Shown in pieces: positions 36,373 to 46,602 of a stretch of 64,000 bases of DNA (positions are counted from its first letter, which is position 1; each line of letters opens with the position of its first letter). The DNA comes from Clostridiaceae bacterium. Lineage in GTDB: Bacteria; Bacillota; Clostridia; Saccharofermentanales; DTU023. The DNA lies in contig DUPV01000060.1 of assembly GCA_012838135.1 (NCBI GenBank), forward strand, positions 22,498 through 86,497, given 5' to 3'. Position numbers and translations under genes: made by a program. The notes below the pieces were generated by a model. It did no database searches. It was not told where the DNA came from and saw nothing but the letters and a program-made list of their open reading frames with translations.

Positions 36373-37311
36373 ATGCAAAGTTTAAAAGATTATCATCCAA
36401 TAGTCAGTTTTTTATATTTTATTTGTGTTTTGACTTGCAGCATGATCACCAGAAATCCGATCTGGGTTTTGCTTTGTTTGATTTTTGCTGTAATCTATGT
36501 AATTCAACTTAAAGGTATCAAATATTTCCTGTTTCAATTGCTCTACTTTTTTCCGATGTTGATTTTTATTATTTTTATGAATAGCTATTTTAACAGTTTG
36601 GGACTTACGGTTTTGTTTTATTTGGGTAAAGGTAGTCCGGTTACAGTAGAAAATCTGACCTATGGTTTGATCAGCGGTTTAGCCTTATTTACAATATTAT
36701 TATGGTTTATTTGTTTTAATTCACTTCTGACTGCTGATGAAATTTTGGCAATTATGGGTAAGCGTTTACCGACAATCGGTTTAAGCTTAGCGATGATCAT
36801 TAAATTTATTCCGGATACAATCAAGCAGGGCAGAGAGGTATTATTAAACCAAAAAGCAATGCTCGGTGAACAAAAATTGACCGGACAGCAAAAAGTAAAA
36901 TTTGCTGCTCGGATGCTTACAGTATTGCTTAGCTGGAGTATGGAAAATTCGTTGGAAACAGCAGACAGTATGTTAGCCAAAGGATATCCTGCGAAGAATC
37001 GGATCAATTACAGCAGAGAGCATTTCAATTTAGGAGATGCCGGTATGATTTTGACCATGTTGCTTTTGTTTATAGGTCATTTGATGTGTGCATTTTCCGG
37101 TTCAATCAAATTTGCCTATTATCCATTTCTGAATTGGACCGGTTTAACAACAAATAGAGTTCTGCTGATTATTTCGCTGATCAGTCTATGTCTGATTTTG
37201 ATATTTCCTTTGATTTTAGACATGATTAATTGGTTCAAATGGCAGAAAATTCTTAAACAAGAACAAACAATGCAACAACAGATTATTGACGGAATTATAG
37301 TATATGAATGA
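36373..37311 (+). CDS. ecfT: ECF transporter transmembrane (T) component, CbiQ/EcfT family
   Basis: Polytopic membrane protein directly upstream of and overlapping the duplicated ECF-type ATPase gene. Confidence 0.65.
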   Translation: MQSLKDYHPIVSFLYFICVLTCSMITRNPIWVLLCLIFAVIYVIQLKGIKYFLFQLLYFFPMLIFIIFMNSYFNSLGLTVLFYLGKGSPVTVENLTYGLISGLALFTILLWFICFNSLLTADEILAIMGKRLPTIGLSLAMIIKFIPDTIKQGREVLLNQKAMLGEQKLTGQQKVKFAARMLTVLLSWSMENSLETADSMLAKGYPAKNRINYSREHFNLGDAGMILTMLLLFIGHLMCAFSGSIKFAYYPFLNWTGLTTNRVLLIISLISLCLILIFPLILDMINWFKWQKILKQEQTMQQQIIDGIIVYE

Positions 37312-39049
37312 ACCGCTAACCTTAATTGAATTTCGAGATTTTTCTTTTACCTATTCTACGGGCGAGGATCTGCCGGCTTTGCAAAAAATTAATTTACAGA
37401 TTAAGGCCGGTAATTTGACTGTGCTTTGCGGAATGAGCGGCAGCGGAAAAACAACCCTCTTGCGCCACTTAAAGCCGGAATTAAGTCCTGCCGGGAAAAA
37501 TACGGGTGATTTAATATTCGCAGACAGTTTAAGTCAAAAAAACACCCCGAATAATCGACAAAAAATTGCTTATGTAATGCAAAATCCATCCAATCAAATA
37601 ATTATGGATTCAGTCTGGCATGAATTAGCTTTCGGTTTAGAAAATCAAGGTCTGAAAGTCCAAGAAATAGAACGCCGGATAGCTGAAATTGCAATTTTTT
37701 TCGGTATAGAAACTTGGATTGAGAAAAAAGTCACAGAGCTCTCAGGCGGCGAAAAACAAATCTTGAATTTGGCATCAAATATGATTTTACAGCCGGATTT
37801 ACTGGTTCTGGATGAACCGACTGCTCAATTAGATCCGATTGCAAGGCGTGACTTTTTACAAATGCTGTTTTATATACATTCGGAAACCGGAATTTCTATC
37901 GTCATTTCTGAACATAATCTCAATGATTTATTGGAAAATGCTGATCATGTATTTTTCTTGGATGAGGGCAAGCTTGATTTTTCAGGTTCAGCAACCGGCT
38001 TGGCAGATTATCTGTTCAACAATAATCATCCTTATAAAGCTGTACTGCCAATTGCAACCCAAATCGGGTACTTACCGGGTGTAAATCAAATAACGGATAA
38101 TTCCTTAATTCGTTCATTAAGCATCAAACAAGGTCGTGATTTATTAAATCGGATTTTGTTGAAACAATCGGCTGCAATTTTTGCTGATACTGAAATTAAT
38201 ATTTCTAATGATAAGAATAGAAATTCAAATAAAAATACTAAAATATCTAATGATTCGATAAAAAAATCAGATCTCAAATCGGATAAGATGGTTAAAATTC
38301 TTACTGCTGATCGAATTTGGTATCGCTATAATCCGGATGATGATTTAGTTCTCAAAGAAGCCGATCTCGATTTATATAAAAATGAAATTTTTGTCATTAT
38401 GGGTGGTAATGGCAGCGGCAAAAGCACTTTGCTTTATTTAATGAGCAGAGCTTTAAAACCTTTTAAAGGACAAATCAAAAGTGCAGAACAAAAAAGAATT
38501 GCGATGTTAGGACAAAATCCGGAGGCTGTTTTTGCTCAAGACACCGTATTGCAAGTACTGACCGAATTCAGACAGCGTTTTGCAAATACCGAGCAGGAGA
38601 TCAGCGACATGATTGATTTATTTGATTTACGTGAATTTTTACAACGTCATCCCTATGATTTGAGCGGTGGTGAAAAACAAAAACTGGCTTTAGCAAAAGT
38701 TTTGTTAATTAAACCGGATATCTTATTGCTTGATGAGCCTCTCAAGGGTCTGGATATAATTAACAAACAGAAAATTAAGCGAATACTGTTAGAGTTAAAA
38801 CAAAAAATGTCAATTGTGATTGTGACGCATGATGTGGATTTTATTGCTGAAATTGCGGATCGTTGTGCGATGATCTTTAACAGACAAATAATAGCACAGG
38901 CTCCTACGACAGACTTTTTTCAAAAAAATTCATATTTTACAACGACCACTTATCGTTTAACCAGAGATATTATACCGGAATGTATAGTTTTTCAAGATTT
39001 ACAAAAAAAACTGCAAAATCTCGTAAACGGAGCATTATCTGATGCGTAA
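37304..39049 (+). CDS. Fused tandem ABC ATPase (EcfA-EcfA' type)
   Basis: Two complete cassettes: GMSGSGKTT..LSGGEKQ..LLVLDEP and GGNGSGKST..LSGGEKQ..ILLLDEP. They are joined by an N/K/S-rich linker. Confidence 0.85.
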   Translation: MNEPLTLIEFRDFSFTYSTGEDLPALQKINLQIKAGNLTVLCGMSGSGKTTLLRHLKPELSPAGKNTGDLIFADSLSQKNTPNNRQKIAYVMQNPSNQIIMDSVWHELAFGLENQGLKVQEIERRIAEIAIFFGIETWIEKKVTELSGGEKQILNLASNMILQPDLLVLDEPTAQLDPIARRDFLQMLFYIHSETGISIVISEHNLNDLLENADHVFFLDEGKLDFSGSATGLADYLFNNNHPYKAVLPIATQIGYLPGVNQITDNSLIRSLSIKQGRDLLNRILLKQSAAIFADTEINISNDKNRNSNKNTKISNDSIKKSDLKSDKMVKILTADRIWYRYNPDDDLVLKEADLDLYKNEIFVIMGGNGSGKSTLLYLMSRALKPFKGQIKSAEQKRIAMLGQNPEAVFAQDTVLQVLTEFRQRFANTEQEISDMIDLFDLREFLQRHPYDLSGGEKQKLALAKVLLIKPDILLLDEPLKGLDIINKQKIKRILLELKQKMSIVIVTHDVDFIAEIADRCAMIFNRQIIAQAPTTDFFQKNSYFTTTTYRLTRDIIPECIVFQDLQKKLQNLVNGALSDA

Positions 39050-39713
39050 ATGGGGTTGGCTGGCAATAATCAGTTTGATTTCAGTAATGGTTATTTGCAC
39101 TATATTGCGGATTGAGCAAACTGCTTTATTTATTTTTTTTGCGGCAGTTATTGCCATAATTCCCTTTTTTATTTCTTATGAACAAAAGAAGCCCAAACCG
39201 CGTGATTTGATGCCGGTGGTTGTTATGTCGGCTTTAGCCGTTGCCGGCAGAATATTGTTTGCGGCATTGCCGAACTTTAAACCGGTAACTGCAATTGTCA
39301 TAATTACCGGTATGGCTTTCGGCTCAGAAAGCGGATTTATGACCGGAGCATTGTCCGGTTTAGTCAGCAACCTGTTTTTCGGTCAAGGTCCGTGGACGCC
39401 GTGGCAGATGTTAGCTTGGGGTATAATCGGCTTTGTAGCCGGGATATTATCTGAAAAAAATATTTTAGTCAAACCGTGGTCGATATTTTTGTATGGCTTT
39501 TTGGCAAGTATCGGTTTCGGTTTGTTTATGGACACATGGACTATTTTGGGTTTTGTTCAACCTTTAAATTATAAAAATATAATTTCATCTTATCTTTTAG
39601 GTGTTCCTTTTAATATCAGTCATGCGGTTTCCACCGTGGTTTTTCTTTTGCCGATTTATAAAACCTGGCTTTGTCAATTAAATCGAATCAAACTCAAATT
39701 TAATCTCAAATAA
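39042..39713 (+). CDS. ECF transporter substrate-capture (S) component candidate
   Basis: 223 aa with six TM helices. Overlaps the ATPase stop. Substrate unknown. Confidence 0.6.
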   Translation: MRKWGWLAIISLISVMVICTILRIEQTALFIFFAAVIAIIPFFISYEQKKPKPRDLMPVVVMSALAVAGRILFAALPNFKPVTAIVIITGMAFGSESGFMTGALSGLVSNLFFGQGPWTPWQMLAWGIIGFVAGILSEKNILVKPWSIFLYGFLASIGFGLFMDTWTILGFVQPLNYKNIISSYLLGVPFNISHAVSTVVFLLPIYKTWLCQLNRIKLKFNLK

Positions 39714-39742
39714 TGTGCATTTAATAAATTTACAATATCTTA

Positions 39743-39771
39743 TTGACAGTTATTACATGATTAAGTATATT
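39743..39771 (+). promoter_or_regulatory. Sigma-A type promoter of the fatty-acid synthesis operon
   Basis: TTGACA, 17 nt spacer, TATATT, ~70 nt upstream of acpP. Confidence 0.5.
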
Positions 39772-39839
39772 TTATTTAGTTAAAAAAATTTAATTAAAAT
39801 GTTAAAACTATTTAAGTTCTTAGTTTGAAAGGGCATGAA

Positions 39840-40067
39840 ATGATATTTAATCAAGTTAAAGCTGTACTAGTTGATGTGATGGGCGTAGCTGAAGCGGACG
39901 TAGTTCCAAGTGCGTATCTGATTGACGATTTGGGTGCAGATTCATTAGATGCAGTTGAAATATCAATTGCTTTACAAGATATATTCAAGATTGAAATAGA
40001 GGATGACGATATCCTTGAAATGCATACAGTTAGCGATATTGTTGATTACATTGAGCAATATAAATAG
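39840..40067 (+). CDS. acpP: Acyl carrier protein
   Basis: Phosphopantetheine-attachment motif DLGADSLDAVE. 75 aa from ATG at 39840. Confidence 0.85.
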   Translation: MIFNQVKAVLVDVMGVAEADVVPSAYLIDDLGADSLDAVEISIALQDIFKIEIEDDDILEMHTVSDIVDYIEQYK

Positions 40068-40079
40068 AACGGTAGAATT

Positions 40080-40535
40080 ATGGATAAACAAGATATAAAA
40101 GATTTAATGCAACAATTTGATCGCAGTTCTCTAACTAAATTCAAATTTAAAAATACAGATTTTGAATTGAGTTTTACCAAAGAAATTAATGTTGATTTTT
40201 CACAAGCGGAGTTGACAAAAATGATGCAAGTAACACCTCAATCTGTTGCTGCTAATGCCGATTTTGAACAAGCTGAACCAGATAATTTAGTTGAAGTCAG
40301 ATCACCGATGGTTGGGACATTCTATGCTTCAGGTGAGGAAGGCGGTAAACCTTATGTTGAGATAGGTGACCAAATTAAAGCCGGTCAGATTGTTTGCATA
40401 ATTGATGTAATGAAGACAATGAATGAAATTCCGGCACCTGTCGATGGAAAAGTTGTCAGCATTCATGCTGAGGATGGTGAATTAATCGAATTTGATTCAT
40501 TATTAATGATATTGGATACTGAAAATGTTTCGTAA
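40080..40535 (+). CDS. accB: Biotin carboxyl carrier protein
   Basis: Biotinyl-lysine motif IDVMKTMNEI in a lipoyl-like C-terminal domain. Confidence 0.85.
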   Translation: MDKQDIKDLMQQFDRSSLTKFKFKNTDFELSFTKEINVDFSQAELTKMMQVTPQSVAANADFEQAEPDNLVEVRSPMVGTFYASGEEGGKPYVEIGDQIKAGQIVCIIDVMKTMNEIPAPVDGKVVSIHAEDGELIEFDSLLMILDTENVS

Positions 40536-41934
40536 GATCTTAATTGCCAATCGGGGAGAGATAGCGGTTCGCATCATGCGTTCATGCCGTGAAATGGGAA
40601 TTGAGACGGTGATGATCTATTCGACAGCGGATAAGCATGCATTGCATGTCCAATTGGCCAGGGAGGCTTATTGCATTGGCGGACCGGCACCGAAAGACAG
40701 CTATCTCAATATGCAGGCAATTCTCACAGTTGCCTTGGCAACAGGTTGTGAAGCGATTCATCCCGGTTACGGCCTTTTATCGGAAAACGCAGATTTTGCC
40801 GATATGGTAGAAGCAGCCGGTCTGAAATTCATAGGACCTTCCGGCAAGACGATTGATGTATTGGGCGATAAAGCCAATGCCAGACGTTTGATGATAGAAG
40901 CCGGTGTTCCTGTTCCTCCCGGTTCCGACGGAGTTTTAACCGATGTTCAACAGGCGATTGAAATTGCAAATCAAATCGGATATCCGGTCCTAATTAAAGC
41001 CTCCGCCGGTGGCGGCGGTCGCGGTATGCGCCGAGTTGATAGTGCGGAGCAAATGCTGCAAGCTTTTAATGAAGCAACTCTGGAGGCCAAAAGTGCATTT
41101 GGCGACGGGTCTTTATATCTGGAAAAATTAATTGAGAATCCGAAACATATTGAATTTCAGATATTGGCGGATCAACAAGGCAATGCAATCCATCTCGGAG
41201 ATCGTGATTGCTCATGGCAAAGACGCAAACAAAAAGTAATTGAAGAAACTCCATGTACCAGATTGTCCGATGATTTAAGAATTAAAATGGGAGAGGCTGC
41301 CATTCGTGCGATTAAATCTGTTGAATATGAGGGTGCAGGTACAGTTGAATTTGTTTTAGACAAGCAGCAAAATTTCTACTTCATAGAAGTAAATACCCGA
41401 ATTCAAGTGGAACACCCGGTTACTGAAATGGTAACCGGAATCGATATTGTGCGTGAACAAATTCGGATTGCCAACGGTGCCGGTTTACCGATTACGCAAG
41501 ATGAAATGCAAATTAAAGGTCATGCGATTGAATGTCGAATCAATGCGGAAAAGCCTTCGGATAACTTCAGACCGAGTCCCGGAAAAATAAACAACTATAT
41601 TATGCCGGGTGGCCGTTCGGTCAGAATCGACTCAGCAATATATCCCGGATATGAAATAAGTCCGTTTTATGATTCGATGGTGGCGAAAATTATTGTCCAC
41701 GGCAACAACCGTAGTCATGCGATCAGACGTATGCGCCGCTGTCTGGAAGAATTGATTATTGACGGAGTGGAGACCAATGCTGCTTTGCTTTATGTATCAC
41801 TGTTTGATCAATCAATGATTCGTGGAACTTATGACACTTCCACTTTAGAAAATAAATTAGATGAGTTGTTAAAATATGAAACCGTTTTTCATCTTCCGAC
41901 AGATGTGGAAATTAATGTTGAAGAAAACGAATAA
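40525..41934 (+). CDS. accC: Biotin carboxylase
   Basis: KILIANRGEIAVR, the ATP-grasp loop GGGGRGMR, and EVNTRIQVEHPVTE. Confidence 0.95.
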   Translation: MFRKILIANRGEIAVRIMRSCREMGIETVMIYSTADKHALHVQLAREAYCIGGPAPKDSYLNMQAILTVALATGCEAIHPGYGLLSENADFADMVEAAGLKFIGPSGKTIDVLGDKANARRLMIEAGVPVPPGSDGVLTDVQQAIEIANQIGYPVLIKASAGGGGRGMRRVDSAEQMLQAFNEATLEAKSAFGDGSLYLEKLIENPKHIEFQILADQQGNAIHLGDRDCSWQRRKQKVIEETPCTRLSDDLRIKMGEAAIRAIKSVEYEGAGTVEFVLDKQQNFYFIEVNTRIQVEHPVTEMVTGIDIVREQIRIANGAGLPITQDEMQIKGHAIECRINAEKPSDNFRPSPGKINNYIMPGGRSVRIDSAIYPGYEISPFYDSMVAKIIVHGNNRSHAIRRMRRCLEELIIDGVETNAALLYVSLFDQSMIRGTYDTSTLENKLDELLKYETVFHLPTDVEINVEENE

Positions 41935-41961
41935 TATTTGCATAAGAAAGGAAATCAGACA

Positions 41962-43674
41962 ATGAAAGATTTTTTTAATCTTAGGCGTAACCAACTGGAA
42001 AAAATGGATAAATTGACACGTTTAAGAGCTCCGGCAAAGAAAAAAGAGATTCCGGCAAATATTTTTACGGCTTGTCCTAAATGTGGAAAATCATTTACGC
42101 ATCAGGTTTGGCATGAAAATCTTTATGTTTGTCCGGAATGTAATAAACATCTTAGATTAGGTGTTAAAGCCCGTCTTAATCTCATTATGGATGACGATTA
42201 TGAATTTATTGATGAGCCGGCTGAATTCCGTAATCCGATCGATTTTCCGGGATATGAAGAAAAGTGGCGTAACGCATACGATAATACCGATGCTGATGAG
42301 GCGATTGTTTTTGTTAAAGGGACAATTGCTGAACAACCTTGTATTGTCGGTGTAATGGATACCAATTTTCTAATGGGTTCATTGGGCAGTATAGTCGGAG
42401 AAAGAATTATTAAAGCTTTGGAGCTGGCGACACAAGAAGAGCTGCCGGTAATAATATTTACGGCAAGTGGCGGAGCAAGAATGCAAGAAGCTATTATCAG
42501 TTTAATGCAAATGCGTTATGTTTCAGCTGCTGTAGGCAAGTTCCAACGTGCCGGAGGTTTATATATTACAGTAATGACCGATCCGACAACCGGTGGAGTT
42601 ACTGCGAGTTATGCCTCTTTGGGTAATATTATTTTGACGGAACCTGGCACTTTGATTGCTTTTGCCGGACCGCGGGTGATTCGCGATACAATCAAAGAGG
42701 AATTACCTGAAGGTTTCCAAACTGCTGAACATTTGGAAAAACGTGGTTTTGTAGATCGGATTATTGAACGAAAAGACATTAAAATAAGTTTAGCAAAGTT
42801 GCTGAAAATGCATAACAGCAAACAGGTAAAAGTGGAATTTTCAGATGCCGACTTAGAACCCCTCAGATGTTTGATCAATGATAAAAAATTAAACGAACAA
42901 AAATCCGACAATTTAACAGCTTTTGAACGGGTTAAAATGGCACGCGATCCTGATCGGATCAGTCCGAAGCAAGTATTGGAATATCTTTGTTCGGATATTT
43001 TTGAATTACGAGGAGATCGCTTATACGGTGATGATCAAACGATTTGCGGCGGACTTGCCTCTCTTGGCGGCTTGCCGATAACGTATATCTATACGCAAAA
43101 AGGTGACGATCTGGAAAGCCGAATAAAATTGAATTTTGGAATGCCGCATCCTGAAGGTTATAGAAAAGCCCGACGTTTAATGCAAGAAGCAGAAAATTTC
43201 GGTCGACCGATTCTGACAATTATTGATACTCCGGGGGCATACCCGGGCATAGGTTCGGAAAACAGGGGAATGGGTGAGGCTATTGCCCAGAATTTGAGAT
43301 TCATGTCAGCTCTGAAAACACCGACTATAGCTTTGATTACCGGTGAAGCCGGCAGTGGCGGAGCGATAGCTCTGGCATGTACGGATAAATTATTTATGCT
43401 CGAAAATGCAGTCTATACAATTTTGTCACCTGAGGGTTTTGCAACCATTCTCTGGAAAGACGTTTCAAGAGTAGAAGAAGCATCAACCAATATGCGTTTA
43501 ACAGCTGAGGATATGTATGAATTACAAGTGTGCGATCAGATTTTTCCGGATGATTTGACGGGCTTGAAACGAGCAATTGCAGATACATTTAACCAATTGT
43601 TGGAAGAAAAAGCGAATCAAATGCCGGAAGAAAAAATTATTCAATTGATGAAAAAAAGTCTAATCAATTTTTAG
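41962..43674 (+). CDS. accD-accA: Fused acetyl-CoA carboxylase carboxyltransferase, beta (AccD) and alpha (AccA) in one polypeptide
   Basis: N-terminal half has the Zn ribbon CPKCG..CPECNKH and ASGGARMQE. C-terminal half has IDTPGAYPG and GEAGSGGA. There is no stop between the halves. Confidence 0.85.
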   Translation: MKDFFNLRRNQLEKMDKLTRLRAPAKKKEIPANIFTACPKCGKSFTHQVWHENLYVCPECNKHLRLGVKARLNLIMDDDYEFIDEPAEFRNPIDFPGYEEKWRNAYDNTDADEAIVFVKGTIAEQPCIVGVMDTNFLMGSLGSIVGERIIKALELATQEELPVIIFTASGGARMQEAIISLMQMRYVSAAVGKFQRAGGLYITVMTDPTTGGVTASYASLGNIILTEPGTLIAFAGPRVIRDTIKEELPEGFQTAEHLEKRGFVDRIIERKDIKISLAKLLKMHNSKQVKVEFSDADLEPLRCLINDKKLNEQKSDNLTAFERVKMARDPDRISPKQVLEYLCSDIFELRGDRLYGDDQTICGGLASLGGLPITYIYTQKGDDLESRIKLNFGMPHPEGYRKARRLMQEAENFGRPILTIIDTPGAYPGIGSENRGMGEAIAQNLRFMSALKTPTIALITGEAGSGGAIALACTDKLFMLENAVYTILSPEGFATILWKDVSRVEEASTNMRLTAEDMYELQVCDQIFPDDLTGLKRAIADTFNQLLEEKANQMPEEKIIQLMKKSLINF

Positions 43675-43766
43675 AATAAAATATAGTTAACAGATAGGGT
43701 AGTTAGAAAAAAGCCTAATCGTTTGATGGCAGAAACTAATTAATTGTCAGAAGAAAAGAGGATAGA

Positions 43767-44708
43767 ATGGGCGTTAGTTTGATAAGTGCAGCAAGATATT
43801 TGCCAAAAGGCAGTTTAACCAATTTTGATTTGGAAAAAATGGTTGAAACCAGTGATGAGTGGATTCAGCAAAGGACCGGTTTAATTTCCCGGACAATCGC
43901 TGAAGATGAAACGATTGCGGACATGGCAATTAAAGCCGGTACTAAATGTTTAGAAAATGTAGCTCCGGAAATTAAAGACAAGATCAAGATTTTAATTGTG
44001 ACCACAGCTTCTTATCTGCAAGTTGTACCGCATGTTTCATCGGAAATTGTTGAACCGTTAGGATTAAACAAGGATATTTTGGCATATGACTTAAATGCCG
44101 GATGTACAACTTTTATTTATGCGCTTAATACAGTTGAAAGGTTCTTAACCGAACCCGGGGACTATGCTTTGATCGTATCTTCAGATAAATTAAGTGATTA
44201 TATCGACTATACGGATCGCGGAACTTGTATTTTATTCGGTGACGGTGCAGCGGCAACACTTTGGGGATATGCGCAAGCAACGGATTATTATTCAATTAAT
44301 CAAACTATAACCAATCCTGAAGTTCTTTACCGTGAAGGGAAATATGTTCATATGAACGGAGCGGAAATATTTAAATTTGCCGTGGGTACTTTGCCTGGTT
44401 TAATCGAAGATGTTTGTGCAAAAGGTAATGTCGCAATTGAAGACGTGGATTTATTTCTTTTACATCAAGCAAACGGTCGTATTATTGAGTCTGTAGCTCG
44501 TAAATTAAAAATTGATAATGAAAAATTCCCAGTCAGATACCAAAATATTGGCAACACATCATCACCGAGCATCCCGATTTTGATGACTCAATTGATGGAT
44601 GAAAATATATTGCAAAAAGCAAAAAACATAGTTTTAGCCGGTTTCGGTGCCGGATTAAGTTTAGGCATTGTTTTATTGAAAGGAAACGGACAATATGTGG
44701 TTAAGTGA
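43767..44708 (+). CDS. fabH: 3-oxoacyl-ACP synthase III
   Basis: Catalytic triad contexts NAGCTTF, LHQANGRI and GNTSSPS. Confidence 0.9.
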   Translation: MGVSLISAARYLPKGSLTNFDLEKMVETSDEWIQQRTGLISRTIAEDETIADMAIKAGTKCLENVAPEIKDKIKILIVTTASYLQVVPHVSSEIVEPLGLNKDILAYDLNAGCTTFIYALNTVERFLTEPGDYALIVSSDKLSDYIDYTDRGTCILFGDGAAATLWGYAQATDYYSINQTITNPEVLYREGKYVHMNGAEIFKFAVGTLPGLIEDVCAKGNVAIEDVDLFLLHQANGRIIESVARKLKIDNEKFPVRYQNIGNTSSPSIPILMTQLMDENILQKAKNIVLAGFGAGLSLGIVLLKGNGQYVVK

Positions 44709-45639
44709 AAAATTCAATTTAAAATATCCGGTAATATCAGGCGGCATGGCAAATATCAGTACAGCCGTTTTTGCAGCTGCGGTAAGTAATGCGGGAGCTC
44801 TCGGAATGATCGGTACCGGTGCCTGGACAGCTGATCAGGTAAGAGCTGAAATCAGAAAAGCAAGAGAATTAACTGATAAACCTTTTGGTGTCAACTTGAT
44901 GTTGATGAATCCGCATTCGGAAGAAGTTTCAGATGTTGTAGTGGAAGAAGGTATCAAAGTAGTCACAACCGGCGCCGGCAATCCGGCCCCTTATATAGAT
45001 AAATGGCATGAAGCAGGAATTTCGGTCATACCGGTAATTTCTTCACTATCCCAGGGTGAACGTATGCAAAAATTGGGTGTCGATGCTGTTGTCGGTGAAG
45101 GCCAGGAAGCCGGTGGACATATCGGCGATTCAACTTCGATGATCCTGTGGCCTTTATTAGCGAAAAATCTTGATATACCGGTAATCGGTGCAGGTGGTGT
45201 GGCATTAGGCAGTCATATTATTGCCGGTCGTGTTTTAGGCGTTCAGGGTTTTCAATTAGGTACTTTGTTGCTTTCAGCAGAAGAATGTCCGATTCATGAC
45301 GGTTTCCGCGAACAATTACTTAAAGCCCGTGACTCACAAATTACAGTTGTCGGTCGTGCCGGTGGCGGTATGCCAACCAGAATTATGAAGAATCCTTTAG
45401 CCAGAAAATATATACAATTTGAAAAAGAAAACAGACCGAAAGAAGATTATGAGCAAATCATGAATGGTGCTTTGAAGAAAGCTGTTTTCTATGGCGATAA
45501 AAATGAAGGATGTTTCATGATGGGCTTGGTAGCTTCTTTAATCGATGAAATCAAACCGATGGAAAAAGTATTAGCTGATTTGTTTGCAGAAGCTGAAGCC
45601 GAATATGCAAGAATTAAAACAGAGGATATTTTAGCATGA
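44695..45639 (+). CDS. fabK: Enoyl-ACP reductase II (FMN-dependent, FabK type)
   Basis: YPVISGGMA, KPFGVNLML, VVTTGAGNP and QEAGGHIG closely resemble streptococcal FabK. Confidence 0.85.
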   Translation: MWLSEKFNLKYPVISGGMANISTAVFAAAVSNAGALGMIGTGAWTADQVRAEIRKARELTDKPFGVNLMLMNPHSEEVSDVVVEEGIKVVTTGAGNPAPYIDKWHEAGISVIPVISSLSQGERMQKLGVDAVVGEGQEAGGHIGDSTSMILWPLLAKNLDIPVIGAGGVALGSHIIAGRVLGVQGFQLGTLLLSAEECPIHDGFREQLLKARDSQITVVGRAGGGMPTRIMKNPLARKYIQFEKENRPKEDYEQIMNGALKKAVFYGDKNEGCFMMGLVASLIDEIKPMEKVLADLFAEAEAEYARIKTEDILA

Positions 45640-46586
45640 AAAAAGTATTTCTTTTTGGGGGACAGGGTAGTCAATTGCCCGGAATGGCATTGGATATACG
45701 TCAGGAGTTTCCTCAAACCGAAGAACTCTTTCAAACAGCATTCAATGTGAATCCGGATTTAGAGAAAGTGTTGCAGAGCGGATCAGAAGATATTAATCAA
45801 ACCAGATTCACACAAGCGGCAATTGCTTTATTCGGGGCAGCAATGACTTATATTTTAAGTGAAAATGGTATTGCAGCAGATGCTGCAATCGGTTCAAGTA
45901 TAGGTGAATATCCTGCACTTGCTGCACTTGGTGTCTGGTCTTTAACCGATATGATCAAAATTGCATCCGCTCGCGGCAGTCTGATGACAGAACGATTAAA
46001 TAGACGCAAAGCTGAAGGCTATTCAGATGGTATGCATGCAGTACTGGGTCTGACTGAAACTACGATTGCACCTTTGCTTAAAAAATATGATCAAATATGG
46101 ATTACAAATATCAATGATGAACACCAGGTGGTAATCAGCGGTCAGACTGAGCAATTGGCTGAACTTAAAGCAGAACTTAAACAAGCCGGGGCACGCAGAA
46201 TTGTACCCTTAGCTGTAGAAGGAGCCTTCCACACACCGATTTTTGAGGAAGAACAAAAAGAATTGTTGAATATCATTGAACAATATCCGCTAACCGTTTT
46301 ACAAAAAGAATTCTACTTTAATCGTAATGCTGAACCGTTATATGATACTTCAATCTCGGCTGATCAGCAGCAAAGAAATGTTCAACTCCGGATGTCCGAA
46401 CAAATGATTTCACCGGTCAGATTTTACGAATGTGGTGAGAAACTGTTCACAGATAATGAATTTGATTTGGCGATCGAAATTTCGGCAAAACCGGTTATAG
46501 CAGGAATGTTGAGAAGAAAACTGAAGAATATTCCAACTGTACAAATCAATTCGGCAGAACAGTTGAAAGAGTTTTTACAACAATAA
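45636..46586 (+). CDS. fabD: Malonyl-CoA:ACP transacylase
   Basis: FGGQGSQ, the active-site GSSIGEY, and GAFHT. Confidence 0.9.
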   Translation: MKKVFLFGGQGSQLPGMALDIRQEFPQTEELFQTAFNVNPDLEKVLQSGSEDINQTRFTQAAIALFGAAMTYILSENGIAADAAIGSSIGEYPALAALGVWSLTDMIKIASARGSLMTERLNRRKAEGYSDGMHAVLGLTETTIAPLLKKYDQIWITNINDEHQVVISGQTEQLAELKAELKQAGARRIVPLAVEGAFHTPIFEEEQKELLNIIEQYPLTVLQKEFYFNRNAEPLYDTSISADQQQRNVQLRMSEQMISPVRFYECGEKLFTDNEFDLAIEISAKPVIAGMLRRKLKNIPTVQINSAEQLKEFLQQ

Positions 46587-46602
46587 AGAAAGGTTAGCTT
46601 AA

